A DNA stretch of 64,000 bases, from contig NC_045697.1 in NCBI RefSeq assembly GCF_009834535.1, positions 53,694,001 through 53,758,000 of the forward strand, in the 5' to 3' direction. Below, piece after piece: positions 24,545 through 37,584 of the stretch (within the stretch, counting starts at the first letter, position 1; each line of letters begins with the position of its first letter). The position numbers and the translations under genes were made by a program. The stretch is from Camelus ferus. Its lineage: Eukaryota. The notes under the pieces are model-generated. The model made no database searches. It had not been told where the DNA came from and was given only the letters and a program-made list of their open reading frames with translations.

Positions 24545-24990
24545 GTAATGTGGTCAGGAAAATCCACTCTGAAGATGACACTGAAGCAAAGTCCTCAATC
24601 AAGAGGTAGAAGCAAGACCCAGGGGGTTGTGGGGAAGAATAATCCAGGAGAAGGACAGAGGGGACTGACAGTGCAAAGGTGCTGAGGTGAGAACATATTT
24701 GCAACGTGGAGGAACAGAAGGCCAATGTTCCTACAACCACAACAGAGTGTGCATGGAACAAAGTGACCAAGGAAGAGATTGCCAGGGGTCTGAACATGCA
24801 GGATGCTATCAGTAAAAGAGCAGCTTTGGGTTTTATTCTAAAAGTGATGAGAAGTCAGATGGAAATTTTGAGTAGCGGGGTATAATAATCTAAGACGTGT
24901 TTCCAAAAAATCATTCTGGCCACTGGTAGAAGATAGCTGGTAGAAGAGAGAAGAGTCAAAGCACCAGGATTGATTAAGAGTCATTTCACT
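24545..24990 (-). mobile_element. L2 fragment
   Basis: Motifs typical of antisense L2: ACAGTGCAAAGGTGCTGAGG, TTTGGGTTTTATTCTAA, ATCATTCTGGC. Confidence 0.5.
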
Positions 24991-25344
24991 ATCCATGATT
25001 CAATTACTCTTTAAAAACTATAAGAGCATCATCCTAAAATGATACTTCCACCACCCAATTTATAGTGATTAGACTGGCTCATATCAATTCTGCCACTAGA
25101 AAAGACTGAATTTTCCCACCTGACCTTCCATTTTCACTGTTTAACTATTTGTTTATCAGAGAATTTTAAGTTAAGAGCCAAACTTTCTATGATGACCCAA
25201 ATAAAAATGTCTACTATTTCTGTAACTGTATGACATTTATTTTGAATAATTCGTACGACATCTTGGAAAAACTATTTATGCTATTAGTATGCTAAAGCAA
25301 ATTAACTATATTTAAATGTTGATATCTTTGTGCTTCTCCTTTAG

Positions 25345-25611
25345 CTATAAAGAGAATATTACGAGGTTATCAAGGATTCCCATGATCAGCCAGTGAAGCC
25401 CCTGGACCGAGCGGTCTTCTGGATAGAGTTTGTCATGCGCCACAAAGGAGCAAGCACCTGAGGCCAGCCACCCACAACCTCACCTGGTACCAGTACCACT
25501 CTCTGGATGTGACTGGCCTGTGTGGCAACTGCTGTCTTTGTCATCACAAAATGCTGTCTGTTTTGCTGCCAGAGATTTCCTAAAGCAGGAAAGAAGAAAA
25601 AAAGGGAGTAG
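25345..25611 (+). pseudogene. UGT2 pseudogene exon 6, three deletions
   Basis: ctttag|[11 protein letters not shown]...KKKRE-TAG. 267 nt against 280 nt in the intact gene. There are 1-nt deletions near 25380 and 25451, and an 11-nt deletion (GTTCCTGCTGG) between CTGG microhomologies near 25516. Confidence 0.93.
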
Positions 25612-25822
25612 CTCTATCTGAGGCCTAAAACAGGAATGCCCCATACATGACCCTCTTTCAGCTGACTCGAGCAAGAAGGAGTTATGATGAGGTTCCTGTC
25701 CTCCTGTGACAAATGGACTTTTCACAATTTAGCTTCAAAGGTCAAAATTTGCTTTCAAGGGGTTTTCATCCTGCTTGAGAGTTAGAAATATGTTGTGAAA
25801 AGAGAAAAGCTGCTGAAAATTA

Positions 25823-25834
25823 AATAAAAATAAA
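25823..25834 (+). terminator. Candidate polyadenylation signals (tandem AATAAA) of the pseudogene
   Basis: AATAAAAATAAA about 210 nt after the stop. The homologous site in the intact gene is 59741-59746. Confidence 0.5.
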
Positions 25835-28274
25835 ACTATAAGGGTATATATATTGAAATTGATTATTTTAATTAAAATTTTATACTAAAAAGAAATCATT
25901 GAATTTAATTCCATTTCACAAGATATGCACGGACAAAAGAACCATAACAAGTCTACTCACAGTATCAATATTATTTTGTAGATATTCAGAATATTTTAAC
26001 TTTATTTTGGTGCAGAATTTTATAGTTTTATCTTGCTACAGAAACTGTTCAATACTTGAAATTGTGTAAAAGATACACTCTTCCATTTCATTTGTGAGTC
26101 CATGAACACTTCTTGGATTTTACTGTGCATCCAGCCTCAGCATCACTCCTTACCTAAAGCCATGGCAACTCACTTGCATTCCTCCGGGTTAAGTCATGTC
26201 CCAGTGAAATGTCTGTGGAATCAGTCATACAGCAACTGCTACCTGCTTCCTATTATAAAACTGAGCCATTTGTGAAAATCTTTGATTTCATGACTGAATG
26301 TTCTTTTTCTCCTTAACTTTAAAAATATTCACCTGATCTCTTTCATTCTTATATTCAGCCTTTGATAATAGATAAAACTTTTCAATTGTAAACCAAGAAA
26401 ATATACAACCTGTACTCTACAGGGAATTACTGAATTTTCATTCTCTCCAAATGTACCTAAATATATTACATACCATATCTATATCTATATACATTCCTTC
26501 AAAACAAGACAGAGCATCACTTAGCTACTTGCAAAACAGTGTGAAATTCAATGTGTTTGTTAAACACAGAATGAAATAATTACTATTGTCCCATATACCA
26601 TACTTCAGATTATGTGTGCCATTCTTCTGTCTCTTTTCTCAAGAGCTTAGTTCTCCATCTGTCCCACAACAATTATCTGTAAACATTCAATCCTTTGCCA
26701 AAACCAAAAATAATAAAAGCATCATTTTCTTTAAACCTAGGTCCTCCTTGACTTATGTAATCGGTAACAGTAGGTAGAATACAAAAATTATATAAATTTT
26801 ATGGAAAATTGGTAAATCAAATGAAAGAAATCTTAAGGCACTCTTGAAAACTGCACATCAAGAAAGGACTTTAGTATCAAAGTGATCAGATGAGAAAAAG
26901 CATAATTGTCTTATTGGTCAAAACTATCATCTAAATCATATGACAATCATTCCTCAGCCTAAGGCATAATTTATTTTTAAAATAAATTACAACATTGATG
27001 TCTAGGGAATTATTGAAAAAATGTGCCACAGAATTTTCAATACAACTCATACATATACTTGACACTTTAAAAAAAAATGGAACTAATATGGTGTCATAGT
27101 ATATAATATTTTTAAATCACATATCTAGACTTAAATAATTTTCTTCAAATTGATTCTACAACATGTGTAACAGAGAAAAGATTGGTAGTCATTGTCCAGT
27201 GAGAACTACTTCTAATCTCCAATAAAAAGTCATTCAATATGAAATTAGATGAAGCATATGAATTTTCAGGATTTTCCCAGAAGTGAAATTGCCAATGATA
27301 TACGAAAGGTGACATAGGTCACTGATGAATTTGGAAACAAAAATTAAGTCAGTGAATTATTTTCCTGGAGATGATCTGCAGAACAAATAAACTTGGGGCA
27401 CACCTTTTCTGAAGTATACTGTGGAAATACCCGTTTAAATAAAATATAAACATACTGTTTGAAATTGCAACTCTACATCTAGGAATCTTCATGCAGAAAC
27501 ACTTGTTTATGTTCATAATTATATTCTGAATATTCCCACTAGATTTTAAATGGCTATTCATTAGTGAGCATGGCTACAACATGGTATGCGTAATACAGCC
27601 AGGAGAGGAAGCACAGATTATGGGTAATACTGTTGAATGCTCTCCATGTCACTTTACTAAATAAAGAACAAGTCCAGAGATTACAAAAAAAGAGAGCATG
27701 ACATTCTCCTTTGGAAATAAAATTAAATATATGTAAATTTGTAAACCATAGAGGAAATTCTCTTAAAGAATACACTGAATTCCCAATGATGAGAATTAAA
27801 ATTTTTATTCTCTGGACATTATTATTTGACCTTTCACAATAGTTTTCATTTGTTAATTACATGGTTTAAAAATTAGTGAAATCAACATATTGATTCAAGA
27901 TATTAAGTTCTATAATTTTCATATCTTATTATCAGTGTATTAGTTTCACTCAGAACACTTTACTGGAAACCTGACATACTATGAAATATATCAAATTAGG
28001 GCCTTTTTATAGTACACCAATTTCAGGTTTTATAGAGAAATATATTACATGTATTTGCAATTTCAATAGTCTTAAACGTCCTGACTCACAAAAATTTAAT
28101 GACTTTACTATGGTTTTAATGTCAATACTGGAATAATTTTAGAATAGCTCAGGGACCTCTGCCAGCTTACTTCAAATATTTATATTTATAGTGTTTTATA
28201 TAACTAAAAATACTTTGACATCTCTCCCATCAAGTAATTTCCACTCTCTTGACCTTTAGAAAGTCTTGTTGCTG

Positions 28275-28412
28275 GGAGGGGAAGGGTATAGCTCGGGATG
28301 TTGTGCGTGCTTAGCTTGCACAAAGTCCTGGGTTCAAACCCCAGGACTTCCATTAAAATAAGTAAATAAACCTAACTACTTCCCTTTCAAAAATTTTTTT
28401 TAAAGTTTAAAA
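28275..28412 (+). mobile_element. tRNA-derived SINE (vic-1-like) with TSD
   Basis: GGGTATAGCTC...GTCCTGGGTTCAAACCCCAG and an A-rich tail. Flanked by AGAAAGTCTTGTTGCTG and AGAAAACTTTGTTGCTG. Confidence 0.85.
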
Positions 28413-28539
28413 AGAAAACTTTGTTGCTGTCTCACAAATGTTGCAGTCTAACCTCCAATACTCAGTTACAAAATGCAACACATTGTCTATTTATTTGTCT
28501 GTCTTTCTCTCTCTCTATCTGCCTCTCTCTTCCCTCCCT

Positions 28540-28860
28540 AGCTCCCTACTCATCATGGAGCCCTGAACCACACCCAAAGTCCCCATGGTAAATGATCATT
28601 TGTGGAGAGTTCATAGATATGTCTGAAAATATCCAGTACTTCGGCCCTCCAGCAGATTGAGTCTTCTAAAACCAATCACCAGATATGTCCAGATAATTAC
28701 AACCCCAGCCACACAGGATTGTAACCAACTGAGAAACCTCCTACAACACTCCTGTAGCTAAGCGTAGACAACACCCAGAACTATAACAGATAAAAATAAA
28801 ATGAGGACTGCTATTCTAAGCCCCTACTTTTAAGGGCACTTATTACGCAGTAATACCCCA
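28540..28860 (+). mobile_element. Degenerate MLT1-like LTR 3' part
   Basis: Ends ...CCCAGAACTATAACAGATAAAAATAAAATG...TTCTAAGCCCCTACTTT...TTACGCAGTAATAC, resembling an MLT1 terminus. Confidence 0.45.
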
Positions 28861-28979
28861 CTGGGAAAATAATTATACTTTTGTCGTAATATTACAATTA
28901 AGATATAGCTTAATAATGGGACATTATCAATGTTACGCCTTGGAAAACTGTAACCCAAAAAGGAGATCCACTATATCAA

Positions 28980-29230
28980 AACGGTTAAGAGGTTGCACTC
29001 TGTACTCAGACAGCATGGATTTAAGTCCCCGAAGAACTGCCACAGACTTGTGTGGGCTTGGGAGTGTTACTGTATCTCCCTAAGCCTCAGCTGCCCCATC
29101 AATGAAATGTAGATAAAGTAATGATATTAACCACTTCATGGAGTTGTTGAAAGTCTGAATACACTAACCTTGTAAAGCACTAAACGTAGTTGGTGTATAT
29201 AGTGGAATATAGTTTACATTAACTATTCCC
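28980..29230 (+). mobile_element. MIR SINE
   Basis: GGTTAAGAG...TCTCCCTAAGCCTCAG...CCCCATC...TGTAAAGCACT, the MIR core pattern. Confidence 0.7.
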
Positions 29231-29387
29231 ATTTAAAGGAATAGAAACATGTTCACAATACTTTTCATCCTCAGGTTTATGTAATATGTATTTTAACATA
29301 ACTTGTTTCAAATGTAAATAATGATAATAATAGCATTTCCTGTAAATATGCAGAAATTAAATGAGGAATAAATCGATGGCACAGGAC

Positions 29388-31594
29388 TGTGCCAAGAGTA
29401 GGAGGACATGGAGCTCACAATCCTCACAAACACATCAAAAATACATCTTCATGTGGAACAACTATCACAGAAAACTAACTGTAAACTGACAGAACTACAA
29501 AAGCAAAGCTACAAAAGTGTTCCCTATAACCAGATATGATGGAAAAAAGGTAAAGGATTGGGACCTCTGTCCCTGGGAAGGATCTAAAAAGAAAGGGTGG
29601 ACCCTCACCCTATGGAGCTAATGAGTGGAGCCACGGACGGGGTGTCCCAGTCCTGGTGTTCTATTTGGAGAAAACAAGACTCTTAGATGCTGGGGAACTA
29701 CTTAGACAAACAGCAGAGCTGGAGAGTCCATCAATCCACTCTCAAAAAATGCACAGGTGCTGGCTGGCAAAAACAAACAAACAAACAAACAAAACAGTAA
29801 GGATAAACTCTACACTGGCAGCTGTTGCCTTGCCAAAATCCCAGATATGAGGGAGGCAAGTATCCCATCCTGTTCATTCCACACCATAGATTGACACAAG
29901 ATCTGGAATAGCTGGACCCTGGGAAAAGGCTCAGTCTAGCTGTGCAGAGAATGCTTGGGCCTTGGGTGTCGTCTGGTTGTGGAGGCCGTTTCCAGTGCTG
30001 TTGCTTATTAGCCAGCGTTACAAGAGTCACAGGGACCAGCAAGTGACAGTCCATCTACCAGCTGAACAAGTGCTCTGGCCCCACCTACTCCACATCTCAG
30101 TTTTGCAATACATCTGGTACAACCACAACAAGGTGAGGGACACAAACCAGGGCTGCACCTGAGCAGAGCCAAAGATGCCTACACACGTGGTATATCTTGA
30201 CATCTGTGAGCACACAGGCCTTGCTTGCTTCAGCACTCCCTGCCCTTGGAGCAAGGAACACTATCAAAAAGAAAGGCCATGATTGTGTCCAAACATCCAG
30301 GCTTCTACTCCAACAACTGTGGAGCAGACATTCCCCTGCACAGGTTTTAGACAGCCACAACACTCCCTATCAAGGCAATAATGGCCAGCACAAACTAAGG
30401 AAAGACGTAGCTGACTACCATTTCCAATGAGGGCTCACATCAAAGACACTGGAAACATGCAGTTTACACAGGGATGCTCCCACATAAAAACACCCCTTCA
30501 AGACCACAATACAGAAGAGTTTCTCCTAAATTCAGAGACAGAGAAAGTTAACTGAAATGAAAAAGCAGGGGTGATACTTCCAATTCAAAGAGTAAGAGAA
30601 ATTCCCTTAAAGAAGAAATAATGACACAGGAACACAAGTCTACCAGACCTTGAGTTCAAAAAGTAGGTAATAAAATAATCTAAGTGAATTCAGAAAAATT
30701 ATAGATATAAATACAGATCACTGTAACAAATAGAAGTTATGATGACCAACTAGTCAAAAATAGATAATTCAATTTGTGAGATAAAAATTAGCACACAGAA
30801 AAACAATTTTAAAAAATGAAAGCAACATATGAGATCAATAGGATTATATAAAAGCACTGAATAATATAAAGCAAATACTAACAGAAATTAAGGCAGAAAT
30901 TGATAGGAATACAATAATAGAAGGAGATTTATAACACCCCACAGACATCAATGGACAGATTGTTCAGACAGAAAACCCATAAGGCAACAGAGGTCCTAAA
31001 GACACAGTAGAACACTAGGATTAATATCTACAGAACACCACATCCAAAAAAGCAGAACACAGATGCTTTTCAAGCACATATGGAAGATTCTCTAGGAGAC
31101 ACCACAGAGTAGGTCACAAAACAAACCTCAAAAAATTAAAGAGGATAGAAATTACATCAAGCATTTATTAAACCACACAATGGTATGAAACTAGAAATCA
31201 GCTACAGAAAGAAAAAGAGTAAAAGGATGAACACTTTGAGGCTAAAAACATGATACTTAACAATGGATCAAAGATGAAATCAAAGAAGACATAAGAAAAC
31301 ATCACAAGACAGGGGGTAGGGTGTAGCTCAGTGGTAGAGTGCCTGCCTAGCATGCATGAAATCCTGGGTTCAATTCTCAGCATCTCTGCTAAAAATAAAT
31401 AATTGATTAAATAAATAACCAATTACCTCTCCCCATTAAAAAAAGTTTTTTTAATCACAAGACAACTGAAAATGAAAACCCAACTTTACAAAATCTATGG
31501 GATGAAGCAAAAGCAGTTCTAAGAGGGAAGGTCATAGTGATGCAGGCCTTCCTCAAGAAAAAAGAAAAATCTCAAATAAACAACTTAACATACC
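29388..31594 (+). mobile_element. Older L1 5' half (5'UTR, internally deleted ORF1, ORF2 EN remnant)
   Basis: Starts GCCAAGAGTAGGAGGACATGGAGCTCAC...ACATCAAAAATACATC. An ORF1 start remnant is at about 30557 and EN-domain sequence at 30860-31590. Confidence 0.75.
31312..31453 (+). mobile_element. tRNA-derived SINE (vic-1-like) inserted in L1, with TSD
   Basis: GGGGGTAGGGTGTAGCTCAGTGGTAGAGTGC...TCCTGGGTTCAATTC. TSD ATCACAAGACA at 31301-31311 and 31454-31464. Confidence 0.9.
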
Positions 31595-34500
31595 TAAATA
31601 GACTTTAAAATAAAGACTGTTACAAGAGACAAAGAAGGAAACTACTCAATGCTCAAGGGAACAATCCAAGAAGATGTTAATATATATGCACCTAATACAG
31701 GAGCACCTCAACATATAAGGCAACTGTTAACAGACATACAAGGAGAAATCAACAATAACACAATAATAATGGAGGACCTTCGCACCTCACTTACATCAGT
31801 GGACAGATTATCCAGACAAAAAAATCAATAAGGAAACACAGGCCTTAAATGATGCATTAGGCCAGGTGGCCTGAATTGACATTTATAGAGCATTCTATCC
31901 AAAAGGAGCAGAATACACATTCTTCTCAAGTGCATGCGGAACATTCTCCAGAATAGATCACATGCTATCCTACAAATCAAGCCTTGGTAAATTTAAGAAA
32001 ACTGAAACCACATCAAGTATCTTTTTCAACTACTACATCAGGAGATAGGAAATCAATGACAAGAAAAAAATTGCAAAAACCACAAACACACGGAGGCTAA
32101 ACAATATGTTACTAAACAAACAATGGATCAGTGCAGAAATCAAAAAATACTTAGAGACAAATGAAAATGAAAACATGATGATCCAAAATCTCTGGGACAC
32201 AGCAAAAGCAGTTCTAAGAAGGAAGTTTACAGTGATACAAGCTTACCTCAGGAAACAGAAACTTCTCAATAAACAACCTAATCTTACAGCTAAAGCAACT
32301 AGAGAAAGAACAAACAAACCCCAAAATTAGTAGAAGGAAAGAAATCATAAAGATTAGAGTAGAAATGAAACAGAGACCAAAAAAAAAAAAAAAAAAAAAG
32401 AAATAGAAAAGATCATTGAAACTAAAAGCTGGTTCTTTGAATAGATAAACAAAATTGATAAACCTTCCATCAGACTCATCAAGAAAAAAAGGAAGAGGGC
32501 CTGAATTAATAAAATCAGAAATGAAAAGAAGTTACAAAGGGATCATAAGAGGCTTCCATGAGCAACTATATACTAAGAAAAAGGACAACTTAGAAGAAAT
32601 GGACAATTTCTTAGAAAAGGACAACTTGCCAAGACTGAACCAGGAAGAAATAGAAAATATGAATAGACCAATTACCAGTACTGAAATTGAATCAGTAATT
32701 TAAAATTCCCAACAAACAAAAGTACAGGACCAGATGGCTTCACAGGTGAGTTCTACCAACATTTAGAGAATAGTTAACATCTATTTTTCTGAAACTATTC
32801 CAAAACTTTGTAGAGGAAGAAATACTTCTGAATTCATTCTGTGAGGCTCCCATCACACTGATACCAAAACCAGAAAAAGATATCACAAAAAAAATTATAG
32901 CCAATAGCACTTACGAATATAGATGCAAAAATCCTAAACAAAATACTAGCATATCAACTCCAACAGTGCATTAAAAGGATCATACATCATGATCAAGTGG
33001 GATTTACCCCAGGGATGCAAGTATTATTCAATATCTGTAAATTAATCAATGTAACACACCACATTAACAAATTTAAGAATAACAACCATATGATCATCTC
33101 AATAGATGCAGAAAAACTTTTGATAAAATTTAACATCCACTTATGATAAAAACCCTTCAGAAAATGGGCATAGAGGGAACATAGCTCAACATAACAAAGG
33201 CCATATATGACAAACCCAGCTAACATCATACTTAATGGTGAAAAACTGAATGCATTTTCTCTAAGATCAGGAACAAGACAAGGATGCCCACTCGTACCAC
33301 TTTTATTCAACATAGTTTTGGAAGTCCTAATTACAGTAATCAGAGAACAAAACAAAAGAAATCCAAGTTGGAAAAGAAGTAAAACTGTCACTGTTTGCAG
33401 ATGACATGACATTATACATAGAAAATACTAAAGATGCTACCAGAAAACTACTGAAGCTCATCAATGAATTCAGTAAAGTTGCAGGATACAAAATTAACAT
33501 ACAGAAATCAGTTGCATTCCTATACACCAACAACAAATAGCAGAAAAAGAAACTGGGGAAACAATCCCATTTACCAAAGCATCCAAAAGAATAAAATACC
33601 TAGGAATAAACATGCCTAAGGAGGTACTTGCACCAAAAAAGACACATAGATCAATGGGACAGCATGGAAAGCCTAGAAATACACCTACACACTTATGATG
33701 AATTAATTTCTGATAAAGGAGATAAGAATATACAATGTGGAAAAGAGAATCTCTTCAATAAGTGGTGATGGGAAAACTGGACAGCTACCTGTAAAAGAAT
33801 AAATTAGAACATTCTCTAACACCATATACAAAAAAGTAAACTCAGAGTGGATTAAAGACCCAAATGTAAAACTGGATACTCTCAAACTCCTAGAGGAAAA
33901 CATATGCAGAACACCCTCAGGCATAAATTACAGTGATATATTTTTTGAACCAGCTTCTAGAGTAAATGGAAATCAAATAAAAAATAAACAAATGGGAACT
34001 AACTATACTTAAAGGCTTTTGAACAGCTAAGGATACCATCAACAAAACAAAAAGACAACCTACAAATTGGGAAAAAAATATTTGCAAATGATGCAACTGA
34101 CAAGGGACTAATTGCCAAAATATACAAACAGCTCATTCACATTAATATTAAAAAAATTTTTAAAAATGGGTGGAAGAAATACACAGACATCACTCCAAAG
34201 AAGACAGATAAATGGCCAATAAGCATGTGAAAAGATGCTCAACATCACTAATTGTTATAGAAATGGAAATCAAAACTACAATGAGATATCATCTCACACC
34301 AATCAGAATGGCCATCATTAAAAAGTCTCCAAATGATAAATGCTGGAGAGGTGGTAGAGAAAAAAAAAACCCTCCAGCACTGTTGGTGGGAATGTAAATT
34401 GGCGCAGGAGCTATGGAGGTTCCTTAAAAAACTAAAAATAGACTTACCATATGATCCAGCAATCCCACACTATTTACAACAGTCAAGACACGGAAACAAT

Positions 34501-35020
34501 CCAAATATCCATCTAAAGACGACTGGATAAAGAAAATGTATAAATACTATACACCCTAAAAAGAGAATAAAATAATGCCATTTACAGCAACATGGATGGA
34601 CCTGGAGATCATAATTCTAAGTCAGCCAGAAACAGAGAGAAAAATATCACATGATATCGCTCATAGGTGAAATCTGAATAAAAAAAAGACACAAATGAAC
34701 TTATTTATAAAAAGAAAAACTAACTCACAGACATAGAGAACAAACATATGGTTACCAGGGGAGGAAGGGGCTAGGAAGGAGTAAATTGGGAGTTCAAGAT
34801 TTGCAGATATTAAATACTATATATAAAATAGATAAACAACAAGTTTATATTATATAGCACAGGAAACTATATTCAATATATTATAGTACCCTCTAATGAA
34901 AAAGAATATGAATATTTGTATACATACGTATGACTGAAACATTATGCTGTACACCAGAAATTGACACAACATTGTAAACTGACTATACTTTAATAAAAAA
35001 TAATGAAAGTTTTAAAAATA
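31595..35020 (+). mobile_element. 5'-truncated older L1 (ORF2 from EN domain to 3' tail)
   Basis: Fragments [33 protein letters not shown] (TTTGCAGATGAC) and TTMRYHLTP, then a 3'UTR and an AATAAA A-rich tail near 35000. Confidence 0.9.
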
Positions 35021-35329
35021 AAGTATCCCTGCAGAAGAGCCTGAGCTTTTGGGGCTCAGACTCTGGAGCAATCTATGCTTCCAAGATATTCTCATCAACT
35101 ATAGCCCAATTACCCAACAATTGGTGAAAGCAACAGTAAGAAAACAGACAGTCAAAAGGAGGTCCCTACTAAAACCTGAGGGTATAACTTCCAACTAGCC
35201 ACATCAGAGGTTTTACACAGTAAAGGGAAGAGACTTCAGTAAAAGTCAACTTAGTCACTAAGCAAATAACAGCAACAATACATGGAACTGGAAAGAACCA
35301 GTATCCAGTGTTGCTACACTCTATTATCT

Positions 35330-36500
35330 AAATGTTCCTCTTTTTAGGAAAACTTTCACAAGACATAAAAAGAAATAGGAAAATGTGACCAACATGAGAG
35401 AAAAAAAAAAGCAAGCAATGGAAACTTCCTGTGGCAGGAACAAATGGTTGGCTGTAAGGGGGAAATTTTTCAATTTATCTGTTGTACATGGGTTCAATGA
35501 CTTAAAGAAAACTACCAAGAAGACAAAACACTCAAAAATAAATAAATAAAATGAGAAACTAAAATAAAAAATATGAATGATCATAAGAGACTACTGTGAA
35601 TCACAATATTCCTACAAATTGTACAAATTAGAAGAAACGCAAAAATTCCTCGAGGCATACAACCTACTTTCAGGAAACCATGCTTTAAGAAGAAAGGTAT
35701 TAAAACAATATCCTAAGAACATCTATAAACAAATTGTATTTAACAAAAGAAACAAATGGAAATTGTGGAGCTGAAAATTATGGTATCTGAAATGAAAAAT
35801 TCACTGGAGGCAGTCAACAGTAGATTTGAAGGAGTTGATAAAAAACCTGCAAACTTGAGATAGATCAAAGGATAACATAATCCAAATAAGAGAGAGAAAA
35901 AAGAATGAAAAAAATGGAGAGGCTTAGAGATAGTGGCAAAAAGAAAGAGGAACAGAGCAAAATATTCGAAAAACAGTTTCTGAAGACATCCCAGGTATAA
36001 TGAAATATATTCATCTACAAATCTCAACAATTTCAGGTAAGATAGAGAAGAGCCACACGCAGACACAACTAAAATGTTAGAAGCTAAAGACAGAAAATGT
36101 TCAAGCAGTAAGAAAAAAGTAATTCATGCACACCAGCAAATTCCAATATGATACTGCTTCTATCTCATCAGAAGCAATGGAAGCTCTATGACTGTGGGAT
36201 GACATATTCAAAGTGCTACAAACCTATCAATCAAAAACTCTGTATCAAACAAACCTACTTTCAAAACTGAGGGCAATATACAAATATCCCTCTATCTCAT
36301 ACTCCACCAAAATAGAATTCATTGGTGGGAAATCTGCCTTACAGGAAAAACTGAAGGAAGATCTTGATGCAAAAGAAAGTAAACCCCGACTGCAGTTCTA
36401 CTCATCAGGATAAACCAGAGCACAGGTGAAGACAATTAACTAATTATACAACACAGTATAAGTGCACATTTCTTCTCCTTTCTTCTCTTAATAAATATAA
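35330..36500 (+). mobile_element. Ancient L1 ORF1 remnant
   Basis: Degenerate ORF1 motifs (GAAATGAAAAATTCACTGGAGG...AACAGTAGATTTGA, TGGGATGACATATTCAAAGTGCT). Confidence 0.55.
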
Positions 36501-36509
36501 AAATTAACT

Positions 36510-37333
36510 TCCAGGGGGTGGGGTGCAGAGCAGCAGCGGTGTGGCCCTGGTAACGGTGGGGCAGAGCGCTGGCTGAAGACCCAGGGTGAGGGGCAGAGCG
36601 CAGCCCTGCGGCCCCAGCAATGAGAGCTTAAAGCCCTGACTCAGGACTCACGGAAGGTGCGTACAGCAGCAGCAGCTCAGCCTAGGGAGTGGCCAGTCAG
36701 AGCCACAAGTAGGAATCCAGGGTGAGGTCCGAAGCAGTAGCAGCAGGGCCACATTTATGGCAGGACGCAACCCTGACTCGGAACCTGGGGCTCGGCGCAC
36801 AGCAGCAGCTCCAGTCACACAGATGGCAAGGCCCGGTGGTAACTCCATCAGGGAGAGCAGGTTACAGGAGGGATGGGGCCCCAGGGTCAGGTCACACCAC
36901 AGCGACATTTCCAGCCTCAGGAATGACGCAGAAGCAGGGACTCTGGGCAGCTCTGTCAGCTGGAATCTGTGTTGGTGAAGATCTTGGAAGTCCTCGGTGT
37001 CAAAGGCCACAAACACCTAGGGTGGAGAGGCTTGCTGGGGTCCTCCTGGTCTCTTCTTCCCCAGGGGGTGAAATGCCTTCAGGGCATCTCTGCTGTGACA
37101 GGCTGCTCTGAACTGGGGGATGAGGCGAGGTAGGTAAAGTCTTTCCTGTGCTTTCCTACATGGCCATCGTCAGTTTTGTACTCTGCAGGGATTCTGCTGC
37201 CTCTTCATTGTAGTCCAGAGATTTCCCAAAGTAATTCACATTGGTTGCCCTTGCTCATTTACAGTTTCTGCTGTTCTTGTGGAATACAAGTATTGGACTT
37301 TCTAACGTAACCCTCCATCTTGCTGATATCACT
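36510..37333 (-). mobile_element. Ancient L1 5'UTR-like GC-rich segment
   Basis: Ends CCATCTTGCTGATATCACT, which reads AGTGATATCAGCAAGATGG on the minus strand, an old L1 5' terminus. The GC-rich body contains GGGGCAGAGCGC repeats. Confidence 0.5.
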
Positions 37334-37584
37334 GTATCTAAATTCTGCATCAAGGAGACTGCAGACAAAAGAGCCTTTCGCTTCCTATTGTTCTCCATCA
37401 ATCTTATTACTTACATAATACAGCTGACTTGCATGTGCAAGGTCATCGACATTTAGAGGGGTGACAGCACTGACAACACAACAGTAAACACACTGTAGAA
37501 ACACCAAGTGTTCTACACTTTGCCCTTTCACTTGATTTCCACAGCTGCTGACTACTCATATAATGTACTAGTAGAGATTTAGAA

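Larger units (their letters stand above)
489..25611 (+). pseudogene. Unprocessed UGT2 (UGT2B-like) pseudogene; exons 1, 3, 4, 5, 6 present, exon 2 not found
   Basis: Exon translations match the UGT2 family ([44 protein letters not shown]). It has multiple stops, frameshifts and a broken donor (see exon entries). The exact subfamily cannot be assigned without a tree. Confidence 0.93.
25384..29556 (+). repeat. Copy 1 of a duplicated block (exon 6 plus 3' flank); partner is 59290-62589
   Basis: Colinear high similarity seen by eye, including the same SINE, MLT1, MIR and L1 5' end in the same order. Confidence 0.95.

Noticed and set aside
36648..37111. GC-rich ORFs of 73-129 aa upstream of UGT2B as a separate gene
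   Set aside because: No recognisable domain, overlapping frames on both strands, and the region looks like an old L1 5'UTR.
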